From Lenisia limosa (Eukaryota > Protista > Breviatea), in the NCBI GenBank assembly GCA_001655205.1, contig LPNZ01010237.1, forward strand, positions 1 through 41,559: a stretch of DNA of 41,559 nucleotides. Direction: 5' to 3'. The translations under genes were made by a program, and so were the position numbers. Below are positions 13,301 through 26,500 of the stretch, piece after piece. Each line of letters begins with the position of its first letter. Position 1 is the first letter of the stretch. The notes under the pieces were generated by a model that worked only from the letters and a program-made list of their open reading frames with translations, was not told where the DNA came from and did not search any database.

Positions 13301-15132
13301 TGTATTCCTCCGCCATGCCCACTTGCTGGTTCGCAAACCCTGCTGACTTTGAGTTCAGACATGACAAGTTAATAGTGTGAATTTTTACATTCAACCAGTT
13401 TGCCATTGTTTACACGACAGGAACGGCTCTGACTGCTGAACTACTTTCGTTGAGATGCGCTGTGGAGTGGATGGGCGAAGTTTACGTTTGCTGCTCAAAG
13501 GTGGGTTTTATTGGGATATTCCCTCACGCGTCAATTTTGTTTCTCACTCTACTTACTAAAATAGTAGTATCCCTCCCNNNNNNNNNNNNNNNNNNNNNNN
13601 NNNNNNNNNNNNNNNNNNNNNNNNNNNNNNNNNNNNNNNNNNNNNNNNNNNNNNNNNNNNNNNNNNNNNNNNNNNNNNNNNNNNNNNNNNNNNNNNNNNN
13701 NNNNNNNNNNACCCCCCCTTCAAAACTGGTATGGTTGTATGAATGATAGGTGCAAATGCTGGTCTGTTAACCCCTCAGGTGAAACACATTCCATCATTGA
13801 ATGCTATTGGTGGTAACAGACAGCTCCGAGGATACTGCCCCGTCACTCTTGTCCTTGATAAGCAACCGTATGCCAGGAGTGTACACAGGGTATATTCCAA
13901 GACACATTACTCCCACCTGTAATTGAGATTTAATTCTACATAGGGATATTCCCGTTTCGGGCTACGTTGTCCCTGGTCAGCCAGATCTGGCGTGCGAGTA
14001 CAATGGCGGCACATTTGCTTTCTCCTCGTGGGACCGTTTAGTCAAATTCTGTTGGCAGCCTGAAAAGTAAGCCACGTCTTAAATATCCACTTGATGCTTT
14101 TTTTGTGTTGTGCCACTGTTTACTCAATAGATACGCTGACGCAAAGCTCCCTCCACGACTCCCTGCACCCGCCATCCCACTTGATGCTCGGTATGGGTTT
14201 GGAAGTAACAATTGCGGGTGGTTTCTCTTTCTTTTCAGTGCTTGTCTCCTTAATCATTTAGGTCACTTCCAATTTACGGCTATGTGGAGCAGACCATTGG
14301 TGATACACTCATTGAAGCACTCACGGTAGGGTTTGGGCCTGTCGTAAGCATGTGTCGATGACAAGATACAGTAATCTTTATTTCACATTTCATAAAATAT
14401 TCAAAAAAAAGAACTTGTTTTAGTATTCAGGAGTTTTATCGGAAGGGGGTGTGGTAATCAATGAAAGGATTCGATGGACCTCAGATGAATTGATTCAACA
14501 ACCATACCGTTCCCACATCACTATTCAGACTGTTGGTTCGGAGAAGCTTGTCTATCCCGGCCTCTCAGTTCAGGAGTCTGCTCTTCACCATCTCTCTGTG
14601 TCTTTAAGAGTAGGGGTGAGGAAAGCTATATTCATTGTTAGTTTTGATATGTAAACCCGGGCCCAGGGGGTCGGGTGCAATATCATGCTCTCGTAGTTGC
14701 TTTCTAAAGGTTAAGTAAATAGAGTTATTATCACCATTCATGTTTTCTTCGTTAACCCCGCCTTCTAGGCTCTGAACCCCAACCACGATACACGGCGAGC
14801 TGCAGTCAACTCCAGACGACGTGTGGACTTCGAGTCTCGTTGTAGACTGCCGCAGACTATAGGAAGTTTGTGTTGCAGTCATGGCTCGTAAATCACTCTG
14901 AATAGTTTCACTCCTGCTCTTTGATCTTTCAGACGGCTACCGTATGGGCTCGGATGAGCGTTCTGATCCGGACTTTGCTCGCAAGGTCGAAGAGTTTGAT
15001 GCCTTGGCGCCGGAACAGGTAACGATCTATTTTCATTTCAAAATTGTTTGAAGGTTTGATGTTATTCTCACTCTTAAGGTCAAAGAATTCCATGGGTCTG
15101 CTCGTGCACTAGGAGTGAAGTCCTTCACATAA
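1388..15132 (+). CDS. AK9: Adenylate kinase 9-like giant protein (several NMP-kinase P-loop modules, YHS-like modules, acidic inserts); dozens of introns, some exons hidden in N gaps
   Basis: P-loops GPPGVGKST (~1563), GMPASGKTT (~6044), GPSMSGKST (~8892) and GSPLGGKTS (~11539). YHS-like modules FCPVTL...FRGRVYSFASEAQKLEFMANPE (~8590-8719) and GYCPVTL...YNGGTFAFSSWDRLVKFCWQPEK (~13830-14065). C-terminal AK9-type block AYVEQTIG...ESALHHLSVSLR|ALNPN. ATG at 1388, TAA at 15130-15132. Confidence 0.8.
4953..5033. mobile_element. Short MITE-like inverted-repeat element in an AK9 intron
   Basis: CAAGGGCCGCAGAT ... ATCTGCGACCCCTG (12/14 paired). The flanking 8-mers TAAATGAT and CATATGAT match at 6/8. 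Confidence 0.4.
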
Positions 15133-15328
15133 TTTGTATTCTAGTTTCTTCTTCTATGTATTTTTTCAGGTTTTTTTATGTTTCCTATCACAACGCCTAG
15201 AATGATCGCTGATCTTCTACAAATTTTGATATTACTTTTTATTTGGAAAAATTGGGATTCGTTTGAGGTGGTAGAAGGCGTGTACTTGAATTACATCTTT
15301 AGCGAAAAAAAACAGGAGTACATCCAAT

Positions 15329-16810
15329 ATGGTGGAGACTAGTCGCAGGCCCGGCGGTTAGTGGTTGTATTGGATACTGTCGTCTTGAAATCAACGAATT
15401 ATGTTATAACCATCCTTAGGCGGTGCCTTTAAGCAGCAACGCCTTCCTGCCTGGCAACCTTTATTGACACCCTCTGCTGTAATTCCCACATATATCACGC
15501 TAGCTATCATTTTTATCCCTGTTGGAATTGTTCTGCTCTTGTTTTCGCAATCGGTGAGTTCATTTTTTTGTTTACTCTCGGCCTAACTGCAAAATGTTGA
15601 CTTTTTAGCTTCAAGAATATTCTGTTGAGTATACTGGAGTTACTGAATGCGAGCTGAAGAAAGGAACGAACGTTACATCTTGTACTCTTCAGTTCGACGT
15701 CAAGAAGGATATGGATGCCCCTGTTTATGCCTACTATAAGCTGACAAACTTCTATCAGAACCACCGTCGTTATGTTAGGTCCAGAAATGACGAACAACTC
15801 CGCGGAAATAACCCTTCTTTTTCTTCGATGGAGGATTGTGACCCTCGTCGGTCTATTGGTGATGAAAATGACCCTACTAAGTACTGGAACCCCTGTGGAC
15901 TAATTGCTGCTTCTATGTTTAACGGTAAGTTAGTCCTCCTTTGTTTTCTTGGTTTTTTCATTCCATTGTTCGGTAGTATTTTTGTAAAAGCTAAATACTT
16001 ACAGATACATTTGCTCTCAAGAAGCCTGATGGAACTGATGTTGCGTGGACCAAGTCTGGAATTGCATGGGAAAGTGATGTTGATGAGAAGTTCAAGAAGC
16101 AGAGCAAGCCTGTTGGAATCCAACCCACCACCTGGCCCCCTGGTATGCCGCTTGTTGGAGAAAATGAAAGAAATTGCGAATGATGATATAACAAGATAAA
16201 ACGTGTCCAATTTTTACTCTTCAAGGTGTGGACTCAGTGGAAGACGAGGACTTCATTGTGTGGATGCGTACCGCTGGACTTCCCCACTTCAAAAAGCTCC
16301 ATCGTATCATTGACACGGACCTCTCCGCCGGTACCTACACGTTAACTGTTAATAACAGTAGGCAAACTAGGCGTTTCTTTAAATATATATAAATCATGTA
16401 TTGCTTTTGTAGGGGACTCTTGAAGAGGCTTGGAAGCTTAGGACATTTGTATAATATTTTGACAAGTGTAGGGTTCCCTGTTGAGGAGTTTGATGGAACC
16501 AAACAGTTTGTTCTTGCGACTACATCGTCAATTGGTGGCCGTAATATGTTCCTTGCCTTCGCGTATATTGTTGTTGGTCTCCTTTGTCTGACCCTCGGCA
16601 TCGTGTTTCTTCTTAGGAATTCTTTCTCCCCAAGGTTTGCAAGGATTAGATATTTTGGTTTTGTTCTATCATTTCAATTATACATAATGTTGGCAAATAC
16701 CCCCCCCCCCCCNNNNNNNNNNNNNNNNNNNNNNNNNNNNNNNNNNNNNNNNNNNNNNNNNNNNNNNNNNNNNNNNNNNNNNNNNNNNNNNNNNNNNNNN
16801 NNNNNNNNNN
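15329..16810 (+). CDS. CDC50: CDC50/LEM3 family P4-ATPase (flippase) beta subunit; last exon probably in the N gap, so the end is approximate
   Basis: [77 protein letters not shown] and STIGGRN-type [19 protein letters not shown] are diagnostic CDC50 motifs. The last visible exon ends at 16634. Confidence 0.92.
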
Positions 16811-17109
16811 NTTCCCTCATTCTTCCTATGCTTTTCAAGAACGTTGCCTCTTGTATTTTTCCATATTCATGTTGTTAATCTTTTTGTTGATTACTTACGT
16901 TGTAGAATATTGGGGGATCAAAAGTACCTTGCATGGGATCGTAAGCTGTAGAGATTGTACGTGTATTTGTTTCTTTTTGATTTTTCTAGTTTTTATGTCC
17001 TTTTTGGCCATGAAATGGAGGAGGGGAGGGGGGTAATAGTATATTCTATAGTGAATAACCTGTGAAGTTATTCACTGTACCAAACAATAAAACATAACCC
17101 CATGCTGCT

Positions 17110-18705
17110 CTAGTCTTTCTTCACTTTAAAGGCTTCCTACAAAGTTGAGTAGAGGTTTTGCGCAAAGCCACGTATTGTCAAACTGAATAAACAAATTACC
17201 AACTATAATTCCCACTCTGCCGCAACCTTATTGGCAACCCAAACTGAGAGAACCGCGACTGATGGACATATGACACAGGAAAGAAGGCATGGAATTTGCA
17301 CCATCCCTCCAAGACCAACCTACACCGTCAAAAAAACCAGACTCCTGGTTCTTGGGAGTAAATTGGTAAATTTTGTTTACTTCTAGATTATTGATGCATT
17401 AAAGTTTAAAGTTCTATAACCCTACGGTGACCTACAGTTGACATACTACTCACAATCAATCAATTAATATCTTACCACTAAGTGAAAGGCAATGCCAAGG
17501 CAAGCATAAAGTGTCGAACGTATAGCGTAGACAGGTGCTGAAACCTAGCCAATCAATATGTAAAGTGGGAAAAGCTTGAAAACATTATTTGTGATCTTTC
17601 TAGCAAAGTTCAAATGTATGATGCATTGCATGTCAAAGGGTCATATAATCGTGACGGTGTGGGCGGCTTCCACCAGAGACTACCTTTTACTCAGCTCTAC
17701 ATATTTACTGGCGCGCTATTCTCCCCTCACATTCACAGCACTGACGGAAGCCATACATATTGCTGAAACTAAGCCCCTTGGAAGGGTACAGACATCTGTA
17801 TGCCAAGTGCTGTTGTTGAGGTGTCTCAAGCCCACAAGGCCAAATGTAAGGATCAAAGTCATGATTCCAATACCCAGGCCGAAAGCTGGTACGTTAGATA
17901 TTCAATAAAAAGTGAAACTGCATAGCTATGTACAATGTCAAAATCTTGGGCACTTAATGAACCACATGTTTTCGTGCAACATACAATATAATGAATTTGA
18001 GAATTTCAGAAAACAACTCTTGTATTTCCCCTCCATACTCAGTGCAACAGCGGGCTGGGAGCCGATAGCAGTTCCAAGGTCACTTCTTGGGTAACGTAGT
18101 TTCGACTTATCCCGAAGCTTTCTTGGATGATAAATCAAAAGAATCAAAACAAAATACAGTCAAATAACTTCAAGAATATCCACAACCCAAAATATCCTCT
18201 TACAATGCTATTTTAACAATTCCATTTCGTCCTAATTCAATTACAATAATTGTTGCAGCTGAAATGAATAGATATGATCTAAAATGTGAACAATTGTTGC
18301 TACTTTTAATTTTATAAAAAAAATCGTCAGAATGTATCTGTAGACTAAATGCAATGACAACTACAATGCAAAAAGTTCAGTCTAATTAACAAAGCTTACT
18401 CTTTGACACCAATAAGAAGAAAAAGGAGCCTTGAAAGGCAAACAGCCGGTGCAACAATACAAAAGCCCAAAAAGGTCCTACACGGTCACTCATATCAAAA
18501 CACCAATTATAGCTTCACCACTTACGAAAAGAATGAAAGAACAATCAGTTTAGAGCTGTTTTTGATAAATATACAATATACGACAATAAGTGGCAACCCT
18601 GCAATAAAAAGGTATGTCAGCCCTAAGTTAAGTGAGGGAAAAAGAAACATGGTCACTGTACCTACCTTGAAGAGGTCCCGTTGTAAATTGAAAAAAAGAT
18701 ATCAT
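17110..18705 (-). CDS. APH1: APH-1-like multi-pass membrane protein (gamma-secretase subunit family)
   Basis: Manual splice: MISFFQFTTGPLQGLTYLFIAGLPLIVVYCIFIKNSSKLIVLSFFS...SYLFISAATIIVIELGRNGIVKIAL...FGLGIGIMTLILTFGLVGLRHLNNSTWHTDVCTLPRGLVSAI...EAFKVKKD*. The hydrophobic helix spacing, the ExxR in the third helix region, the GxGxG and the following ...C..P...SAI pattern resemble APH-1. The sequence is divergent and no search was run. Confidence 0.55.
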
Positions 18706-19783
18706 TTCAGAAGGGAGTTTCAATTTACCACTCGTGGATTATCTGAGTGTGCACAAGCTTTGACTGCAAGAATAGTATTCAGGGATATTTATTTATCGAG
18801 ATTAGCAACGACAGACGTGCGACCGACTGAATATACATTCGTGCATATGAAGTAATAATATGATGATATGATGATATGTTTGATTTAGAATTTTTTTGTC
18901 GATGGAGTTTACGCCAAAAAATGCATCACGTTCACGCCAAATATTTAAATTTAAAATTTTAATTTTTTGTTCCTTTTTTGCGTAAATTGTGTTAGATTGG
19001 TATTAGCTAGTGATTTAAAGACATTAGAGACGCTCGTTTCTTTGGAATTTGAATCAAAACAGGTTCTGTACTGGAGAAATCTTCAAATTGAATCGGTCTG
19101 AGTTCTTCTTTAGAGATGTAGGAGGTGTTTAATTGATTCAAAAAGCTTTTGGGTCGGGGAAGTGTAAAGTGTTTCTGTCCCACATCTCTTATGTCTTGGC
19201 GGTCTTGTTGTAAAACCCTTTTTGGTGTTCTTAGATTAATTGTATTCTTGAATCAGGGGGTAAATAAGAGTTTTGCATCTTCTTTAATCTTCTCTTTTTT
19301 TTAGTTTACACTGAAATGGCGTTTTCTCTGTTGCTTTGATTTTAAAGTGTCATATTATGTCATATGAACGAGTATTTTCCCTCTTTGATAACATAATTTT
19401 TTGTTTCCTTTTTACTTGGATTATTCTTGGGTTCGGACAGCCTCTATTATACCAGTACTGTGTGGCAATATACTTAGATAAGACACTATAACGGGCTCTT
19501 TTGAATCTATTTGTATTGAATGGTTTATCGTTCTGTCACCGTTTCACGTTAATTATTCCTGATATGAATATGATATTAAATAATATAAATATCAGAGACA
19601 GACTTATACGGTTTTTGGACTTAGCGTCTCTCTATTTTGTGTTTTGACGTTTCGGTTGGCCTTTTGACATCAGTTCTACCTTATATTGTTTGATGATTCA
19701 TTATTATGATTTATTATTGTTTTACAGTGCACCTGGAATTGCTTCCATTCGTCCTGCTTTTCTAATCGTCTTCTAGGGAAGCA

Positions 19784-22700
19784 ATGAGCGTGATTGAGCC
19801 AATAATGGTATGTTAATGAATATTCAAGAGAAAGTTACGCATTTCAGGATGTTGCCCCATCTGATGCAGCTGTTGAACCGATCCAGAACCAGGTCACTGC
19901 CCCTGTTGCTGGAGAGATCGAATCTGCCCCAATGCCTGTCCAGCAACCTGTGCCCGAACCAGAAATGCCAGTTTCTAACATCCCCATTCCAAAAGAAGCC
20001 GAACAACCTGCCCAGCCCATGGTATGCTTGCGCGCCATTTTTTTTTTTTTTTTTCATATGATCTGTGATGCATATTAGTGTTCCACTCACTCCGGGATCT
20101 TCATTCTTAATATTATAGATGCAAGCACCAGCACCTGTTCTTCAGCAACAAATGAACCAAGTCGCTCCCCAGGCCCCAACTTCAATCCAAGATTCCCGCA
20201 CCTCTCCTGAACCTTCTTCTGTATGCCAACCCACTCTTATCTTTTCATTCTTATTTTCCAAATTAATATTTTTTTGGTTTTCACTTGTCATTTTTGTGTA
20301 TGACATCTGTAGTTCGCCGAAGCCGTGTCCCCTCTCACTCGCCCCCACCGCACTCGCAGAAAGCGCACTGACCGCAATTACAGAGACCTGGAGAGTATTC
20401 CTTACGAATATGTAAGCAAAGGGCATATCAGGTAATTAACCGCACACACCCCTGTTCCTAATTTTCTTCGTGTTTCTTATTTTATAGGATAACGAACCTA
20501 TGATCGAGCCAACTCGTGACGACTATGTTCTCCCCGAGGTATACATCCCCCTCTTCGTATCCCACAGATTATGATCCACCCTCCCCTTTTGACTCCTTAG
20601 GACGATTATGCTGAAGACAAGAAGGGTGTTAAGACCCGCAAGCCGTACAAGAAGCGCGGTATGTTTGAATAATCTTTGGTAATTGTACTTATTTTGGTGC
20701 AAGTGAGCTTCTTTGTCTAACCCGATAGGCCCCAAGCGCAAGCGTGACGATATCGAGTACAGTGAAGAAGGCGCTGAACCCAAGGTTTGCTCAAAATGAT
20801 ATTACTTCGCAATTAAGCCCTTCTTACCAAATTCAGGAGGTTGGTGAACAGCCCGAGAAGGTGAAGAAGACCCCTGGCCGCAAGAAGAAGACTCCTATCG
20901 TTAAGTAAGCCTTTTTAATTCTCTTTCTGAGTTACTGGGATCATTCTCACTTTTCCAGGACTGCGCCTACCCCCGTTTCCAAGCCAGCTGTTTGTGGATT
21001 ACTATTATACCTGTCAAAAAAACCTTCAACCAATTCTTTTATTGTCAACTGCTGGTGTTTGTTTTTATTCCACAGATGACAGCCACCATGCAGCAGCAGC
21101 AGCTTCTCCAGCAATTCGCTGCCCACCAGGCCCAGCTCAATGCTTCAGGAAAGACCGACAAACAAGCCCTTGCACAACAGGTTAGCTAAGAAGTAAACGA
21201 TTGGTGTGTTGGCTGTTGTGTTTCCTTCTGACCCGGTTCAGATTGTCCTTCAACAGCAGCTTGCACATCAGTATCACAACGCCGCCCAGCAACTCATGCA
21301 GAGAAGTCAACAGGCTAACCAAGTCGGCCAGACCGCACAAGCTGCTCAGTACCAGCAACAAGCCCAGGTCCGTGGCCATATTGTGTCTTTTCTACCACTT
21401 TTCTTTTTAAATCTCCATCTCATCCCCGTTTTTCCTCTGGTAACCGAGATAGGTTCAATACCAAGCCGCACAGCAACTCGCCATGGCTGCCACTCAGCAG
21501 TACCAGCAACTCCAGCAAGCACAGCAATTGGCTGTAAGTTGGGTAATCATTGCGTTTCCGCTTCCACCAGTTTTTGTGATCATATCATGACCTTTTTTTG
21601 GAATCTACATCCTTCTTTTTATTTACTCACTTCCCAGGCCGAGACACCCGCCGAGGCTCCCAGCACCGCCGCTACCACAGAGCCCTCTGAGCCTCAGGTG
21701 CCTTCAGTACCCTCGGTCTGTTGGGATCCGGATTTTAGTCGTATGAGTATTTGGAATTTTGATATGGAAGCTGCTGAAGTGCCTAGTATTTATTTAACAA
21801 ACCCCCAGGCCGAATCCGTGGAACCCACGCAACCCACTGAACAAGCCCCTGTCACTACCCCACAGGAGCCCCAAGTGCCGCAGGTGCCCCAGCAACCCGT
21901 TGTCCAGGCTTCGGAGGTGCCCCAGGTTCCTCAGGTTCCCCAGGTTCCTGAAGTGCCAAAAGAGGAGGTAAAGGAAGAGATTAAGGTAGAAACCAATGAA
22001 GAAGTGAAGGAAGAGGTCAAGGAGGAGATGAACGAAGAGGCTAAGGAGGAGGTGAAGGAAGAAGTTGCTGCTGAGCAGCCTGCAGGTGAACCTGTCCAGG
22101 TTTGTAGTTCTTAATGAGGTCATATTTTTTGTGCCTTGACGTTTTTTTTATTATTTTTATTATTATGTTTTTTGTGCTTATGTCAAGTCATTATGTGCTT
22201 CAGGAAGCCGCTGCCCCTGCCGCTGAGGAACAACAGCAACAGCCAGGCGCTGTAAAGGTCAGTGTAATATTTTTGAGTGCTTTCTCTTCACTGATCTATA
22301 AGAAATTTACCTATTAACTACATCTGTCTTTCGCAGCCACATTTGACTGTTCAGACTGAAGAGCCAGCCGTGAAACTCACACCTGCCCAGGTTGGTACCC
22401 GTTTCATACTTCTTCTGTCAGAGGCAATCTGTCTCCAAGCTTTTTGACCCCACAGGAACAGATGCAAGCACTCCATGCACAGTTCCAGAACCAACAAGCC
22501 CAAGTCGTGCAACATTACCATGGCCAAGCTATGGCCTATACTCAGCGCCTACAGGCCCAAGCCTCTCAGTATTCCATGTCTCCCGATCTCACCGATGAGA
22601 AGAAGAAGGAGCTTGTCACAGACCTCCAAGTAGGGAGGAGGGGAGGGGGGGTCTTAGTATTATTATTATTTGTGATTAGAGTTTCACTGACCTTCCCTAG

Positions 22701-23221
22701 TCACAACAACAACAAATCCTCCATCAGATCCAGCAGCAGCAACAGCAGCGTTTAGCAATCCTTCAGGTGAGCCTCCACACATTTCCTCTTTATCTTGTAC
22801 GTTTTGTCATAGCATAATCCAAAAGTAGTATCTCATTGTTTAGGAGCAACAACAACAACAACTCTTGCAGCTCCAGGAGGCCCATCTCCAGAACGGAGGC
22901 GCCGTTGCTGTCCTCCAGGCCCAATCCCAGGTAAGAACAACATTGTGCTCAGGGGCAATTAACGAAATGGAGCCGGAGACCCCCGCGAACAGGAATAACA
23001 GGCATGACAAACACGAAAATGAAACCCAAACTCCAATTCTTATTATTATTTGTTCTCTAAAGAGTTTAGGAAGCTGTTGCTGCCACTGAGACCAAGGCCG
23101 AGCCCGAGGCACCCGTGCCTGCTGAGCCTGTTGAGCCTTCAGCCGAGGTATGCTGTCCCTGATTTTGTGGCTTAACTTCACAAATCTTATCCTCACTTTT
23201 CAGGCCCCTACTTCCGCCTAA
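19784..23221 (+). CDS. Low-complexity Gln/Pro/Glu/Ala-rich, probably disordered protein with basic NLS-like patches; no recognised domain
   Basis: About 20 short exons splice in frame: MSVIEPIM|DVAPSDAAVEP..., KTRKPYKKR, PKRKRDD, KKTPGRKKK, poly-Q exons, (PQV)n and (KEEV)n repeats, ending APTSA* (TAA 23219-23221). A true start further upstream cannot be excluded. Confidence 0.65.
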
Positions 23222-23581
23222 AGTTGTTCTATTAGTCCCCNNNNNNNNNNNNNNNNNNNNNNNNNNNNNNNNNNNNNNNNNNNNNNNNNNNNNNNNNNNN
23301 NNNNNNNNNNNNNNNNNNNNNNNNNNNNNNNNNNNNNNNNNNNNNNNNNNNNNNNNNNNGGGCAAAGTGGTCTTTCTGCAATTAATATTAGGCCAAACTG
23401 AGTCTAAAGCATCCACAACCAAACATCAAAGCGTTGCATCCAAATACACATAAACCGACCATCAACCAACTATTTACACTAAATGGTTTCACATGCCGAG
23501 GTGTAATTCTGTGTTTACATCCTTTTCTGATATCGAAAATAAAAATAAGAAAAAAGATGCATTACGATATTCTAACAACAC

Positions 23582-26500
23582 TTAGAGGGTGAGGGTGGCG
23601 AGCATGCCGAGAACCTGAGCGGTGGACTTGGGCTCCTCGAACTTAGCGCCAATCTTGGTGCAGACGGCCTTCATGGCGTCCTTCTCGGCGTGGATGTTGG
23701 CAATGAGCTCCTTGTAGCCCTGAAGAGAGTTAACTTGACTCCATCATAATCGTATCAATAGAAGGAACAAACGAGGCCTCGAAACAATCACTTATGCATA
23801 CCTCAGCCTTAGCCATCTCGATGATGTGGTTGAGGATGGCCATTCCGAGGCCTTGGCGGCGGTTGGTGGGGTCGACGAGAACAACCCACTCACCTACACG
23901 AGTTATTGGGGAAAGATGTACACAAAGATGACCAATTTGACTTCACAGTACAGTATATCATGAAAGACACCTACCAGCGGTCTGCTTGGAGAGAACGCGA
24001 GTAAGACGGCCCATTGCAACGATCTTGCCCTCGACCTCAGCGATAACGGGGATTTCGTAGTCGTAGTTACCGAAGAACATGCCACGAGCCTGGAGAGCCT
24101 CCATCTTGGTCTTGGCAGCATTGCGAAGGCGAAGGTACTTGTAGGCGGGCTAAAGGGGTCAGAAAAGACGCTGAATGGGAGCAATGGTACAAAAAACAGC
24201 AGTATTGCGTAACACACCTCATCCTGGGCCTCCTCAATGACAGAAGCTGGGAGTCCATCGAAGAAAGCGGAAAGAAGAGGCTCATCCTCGGGGCGGACGG
24301 GGCGGATCTGGACGTCCTTATCTCCGGCCTTAACAACCTTCTCGTACTCCTGGGGGTAAGAGCGGATGGCGCCCTTGACCTTGTCTTCAGCGTTCTTGTG
24401 GAGGAGGACACGAGCGTCGAGAGCGACAAGCTCGGTCTCGGAAATGAGAAGGGGGTTGATGTCGAGCTCAGCAATCCATTCGTGCTCGTGGATGAGCTGG
24501 GAAAGGTTGACGAGGACGGCAGTGAGAGCCTCCATGTCACAGGGGCCGAGGCCACGGACACCACGAAGAGCAGTGGCAATCCTAGATGGTGAATTGTTGG
24601 GTGAACACAAAAAGAAGAAGGGTAGTGATTAGGAGGAAGAAAAAACAATTTGGCGTACTTAGTCTGGTCGATGAGATCGCGGGCATGCTGGGCGGAGAGG
24701 GGAGGGATGGTAAGAGCGGTATCCTTGAACACCTCTACGAGGGTTCCACCGGAGCCGAAGACCATGACGGGGCCGAACTGGGGGTCGGTAGTGCAACCAC
24801 AGAGGAGCTCATAGCTGAAGGTCATAAGTAAAGAATGGAAGGGGCGGGGGNNNNNNNNNNNNNNNNNNNNNNNNNNNNNNNNNNNNNNNNNNNNNNNNNN
24901 NNNNNNNNNNNNNNNNNNNNNNNNNNNNNNNNNNNNNNNNNNNNNNNNNNNNNNNNNNNNNNNNNNNATGCGTTGGACGGAGACACCGCCGAAGTGCTCG
25001 GCACCAGCCTTGGTGGTAACGTTGTGCTTGATGGTCTCGAAACCGGCCTTGACGGCAGCAGTGTCCTTGATGTTGAGGAGAACACCTCCGATGTCGGACT
25101 TGTGGGTGAGAGTGTCGGAGTGAATCTTGAGAACGACGGGGAAGCCGAGCTTCTCAGCGGCGGCAGCGCACTCATCGACGGAAGTGGTCACAACAGTGGA
25201 GCAGACTGAAGGAGGTTAGTTGATAACAACACAATTCTAAATCTGGGGAAAAGGTAGAGTGAATACCGGGGATCTTGTAGGCGGCGAGGACCTCCTTAGA
25301 CTCATGCTCGGAGAGGATGTCACGGTTCTCGGAACGGGCCTTCTCGAGGATGGCGTTGACAGCGTCCTTAGCGACGGTGGCCTGGGAGGNNNNNNNNNNN
25401 NNNNNNNNNNNNNNNNNNNNNNNNNNNNNNNNNNNNNNNNNNNNNNNNNNNNNNNNNNNNNNNNNNNNNNNNNNNNNNNNNNNNNNNNNNNNNNNNNNNN
25501 NNNNNNNNNNNNNNNNNNNNNNNNNNNNNNNNNNNNNNNNNNNNNNNNNNNNNNNNNNNNNNNNNNNNNNNNNNNTAAAACAAAAAGGAACCCAGACCAG
25601 TTGATTCGGCAACACTGCATCACATCACTCCACAGCGTATGGGGGGAGGAGGAATAAGCTAGAAAAAAAAGGAGCCAACCTCGGTGGCAAGAGCCTTAGG
25701 GATAGCAATTGGGGTAGTGTAGAGGCTCTCGAGGTTGTGGCTGTACTTCCACATGAAGTTGAACATGCGGCAGGCGGTATCGGGGTACTCGAAAACGGGG
25801 ATGCCACACTGGGTGAGGATGTCCTTACCCTTCTGGACGGAGTCAGCTCCCATCCATGAGCAGAGGAGGGGCTAAATGGGTCAGACGTGAACGGATGCCA
25901 TCAGAAAAAAGATAGAAAAACTAATGAAAGACAAACCTTGCCGGCGGCGCGGAACTTCTCGGCAATCTTGGAAACGTGCTCAGCAGTGGCAGTGGGGTCA
26001 GTCATGTCCTGTTGTGGACATTAGATGGCAATACAATTAGGGTTGATAAGAAGACAAGATAACCAACCTGGGGAGTGAGGATGACGAGGGCACCGTCGTT
26101 CTTCTCGTCCTCAACAAGGAACTCGAGGGACTTGGCGTAGCTGAATGGTCAAAAGTGTGTTCAGAAGTAGTTGAATCAAAAAAAAAACAATTACGTAAGC
26201 TTACAGCTCGGGCTTGGCGTCACCAAGGATATCGACGGGGTTACCACGAGACCAAGCACCGGGGAGGATGGAAGAGAGCTGGTCGAAAGTGTCCTTAGAG
26301 ATCTCGGCAAGCTCGCCACCGGCAGAGCAGAGAGCGTCAGTGGCAAGAACGGCGGGACCACCAGCGTTGGTGAGGATGGTCAGACGGTTGCCAGCAGGCT
26401 TGGGCTGCTTGGAAAGGACCTGTGACATGAAGAAGAGGTCTTCGATGTGGTCAACACGGAGAACACCGGCGCGCTCGAAAGCAGCATCGAGGGTCTTATC

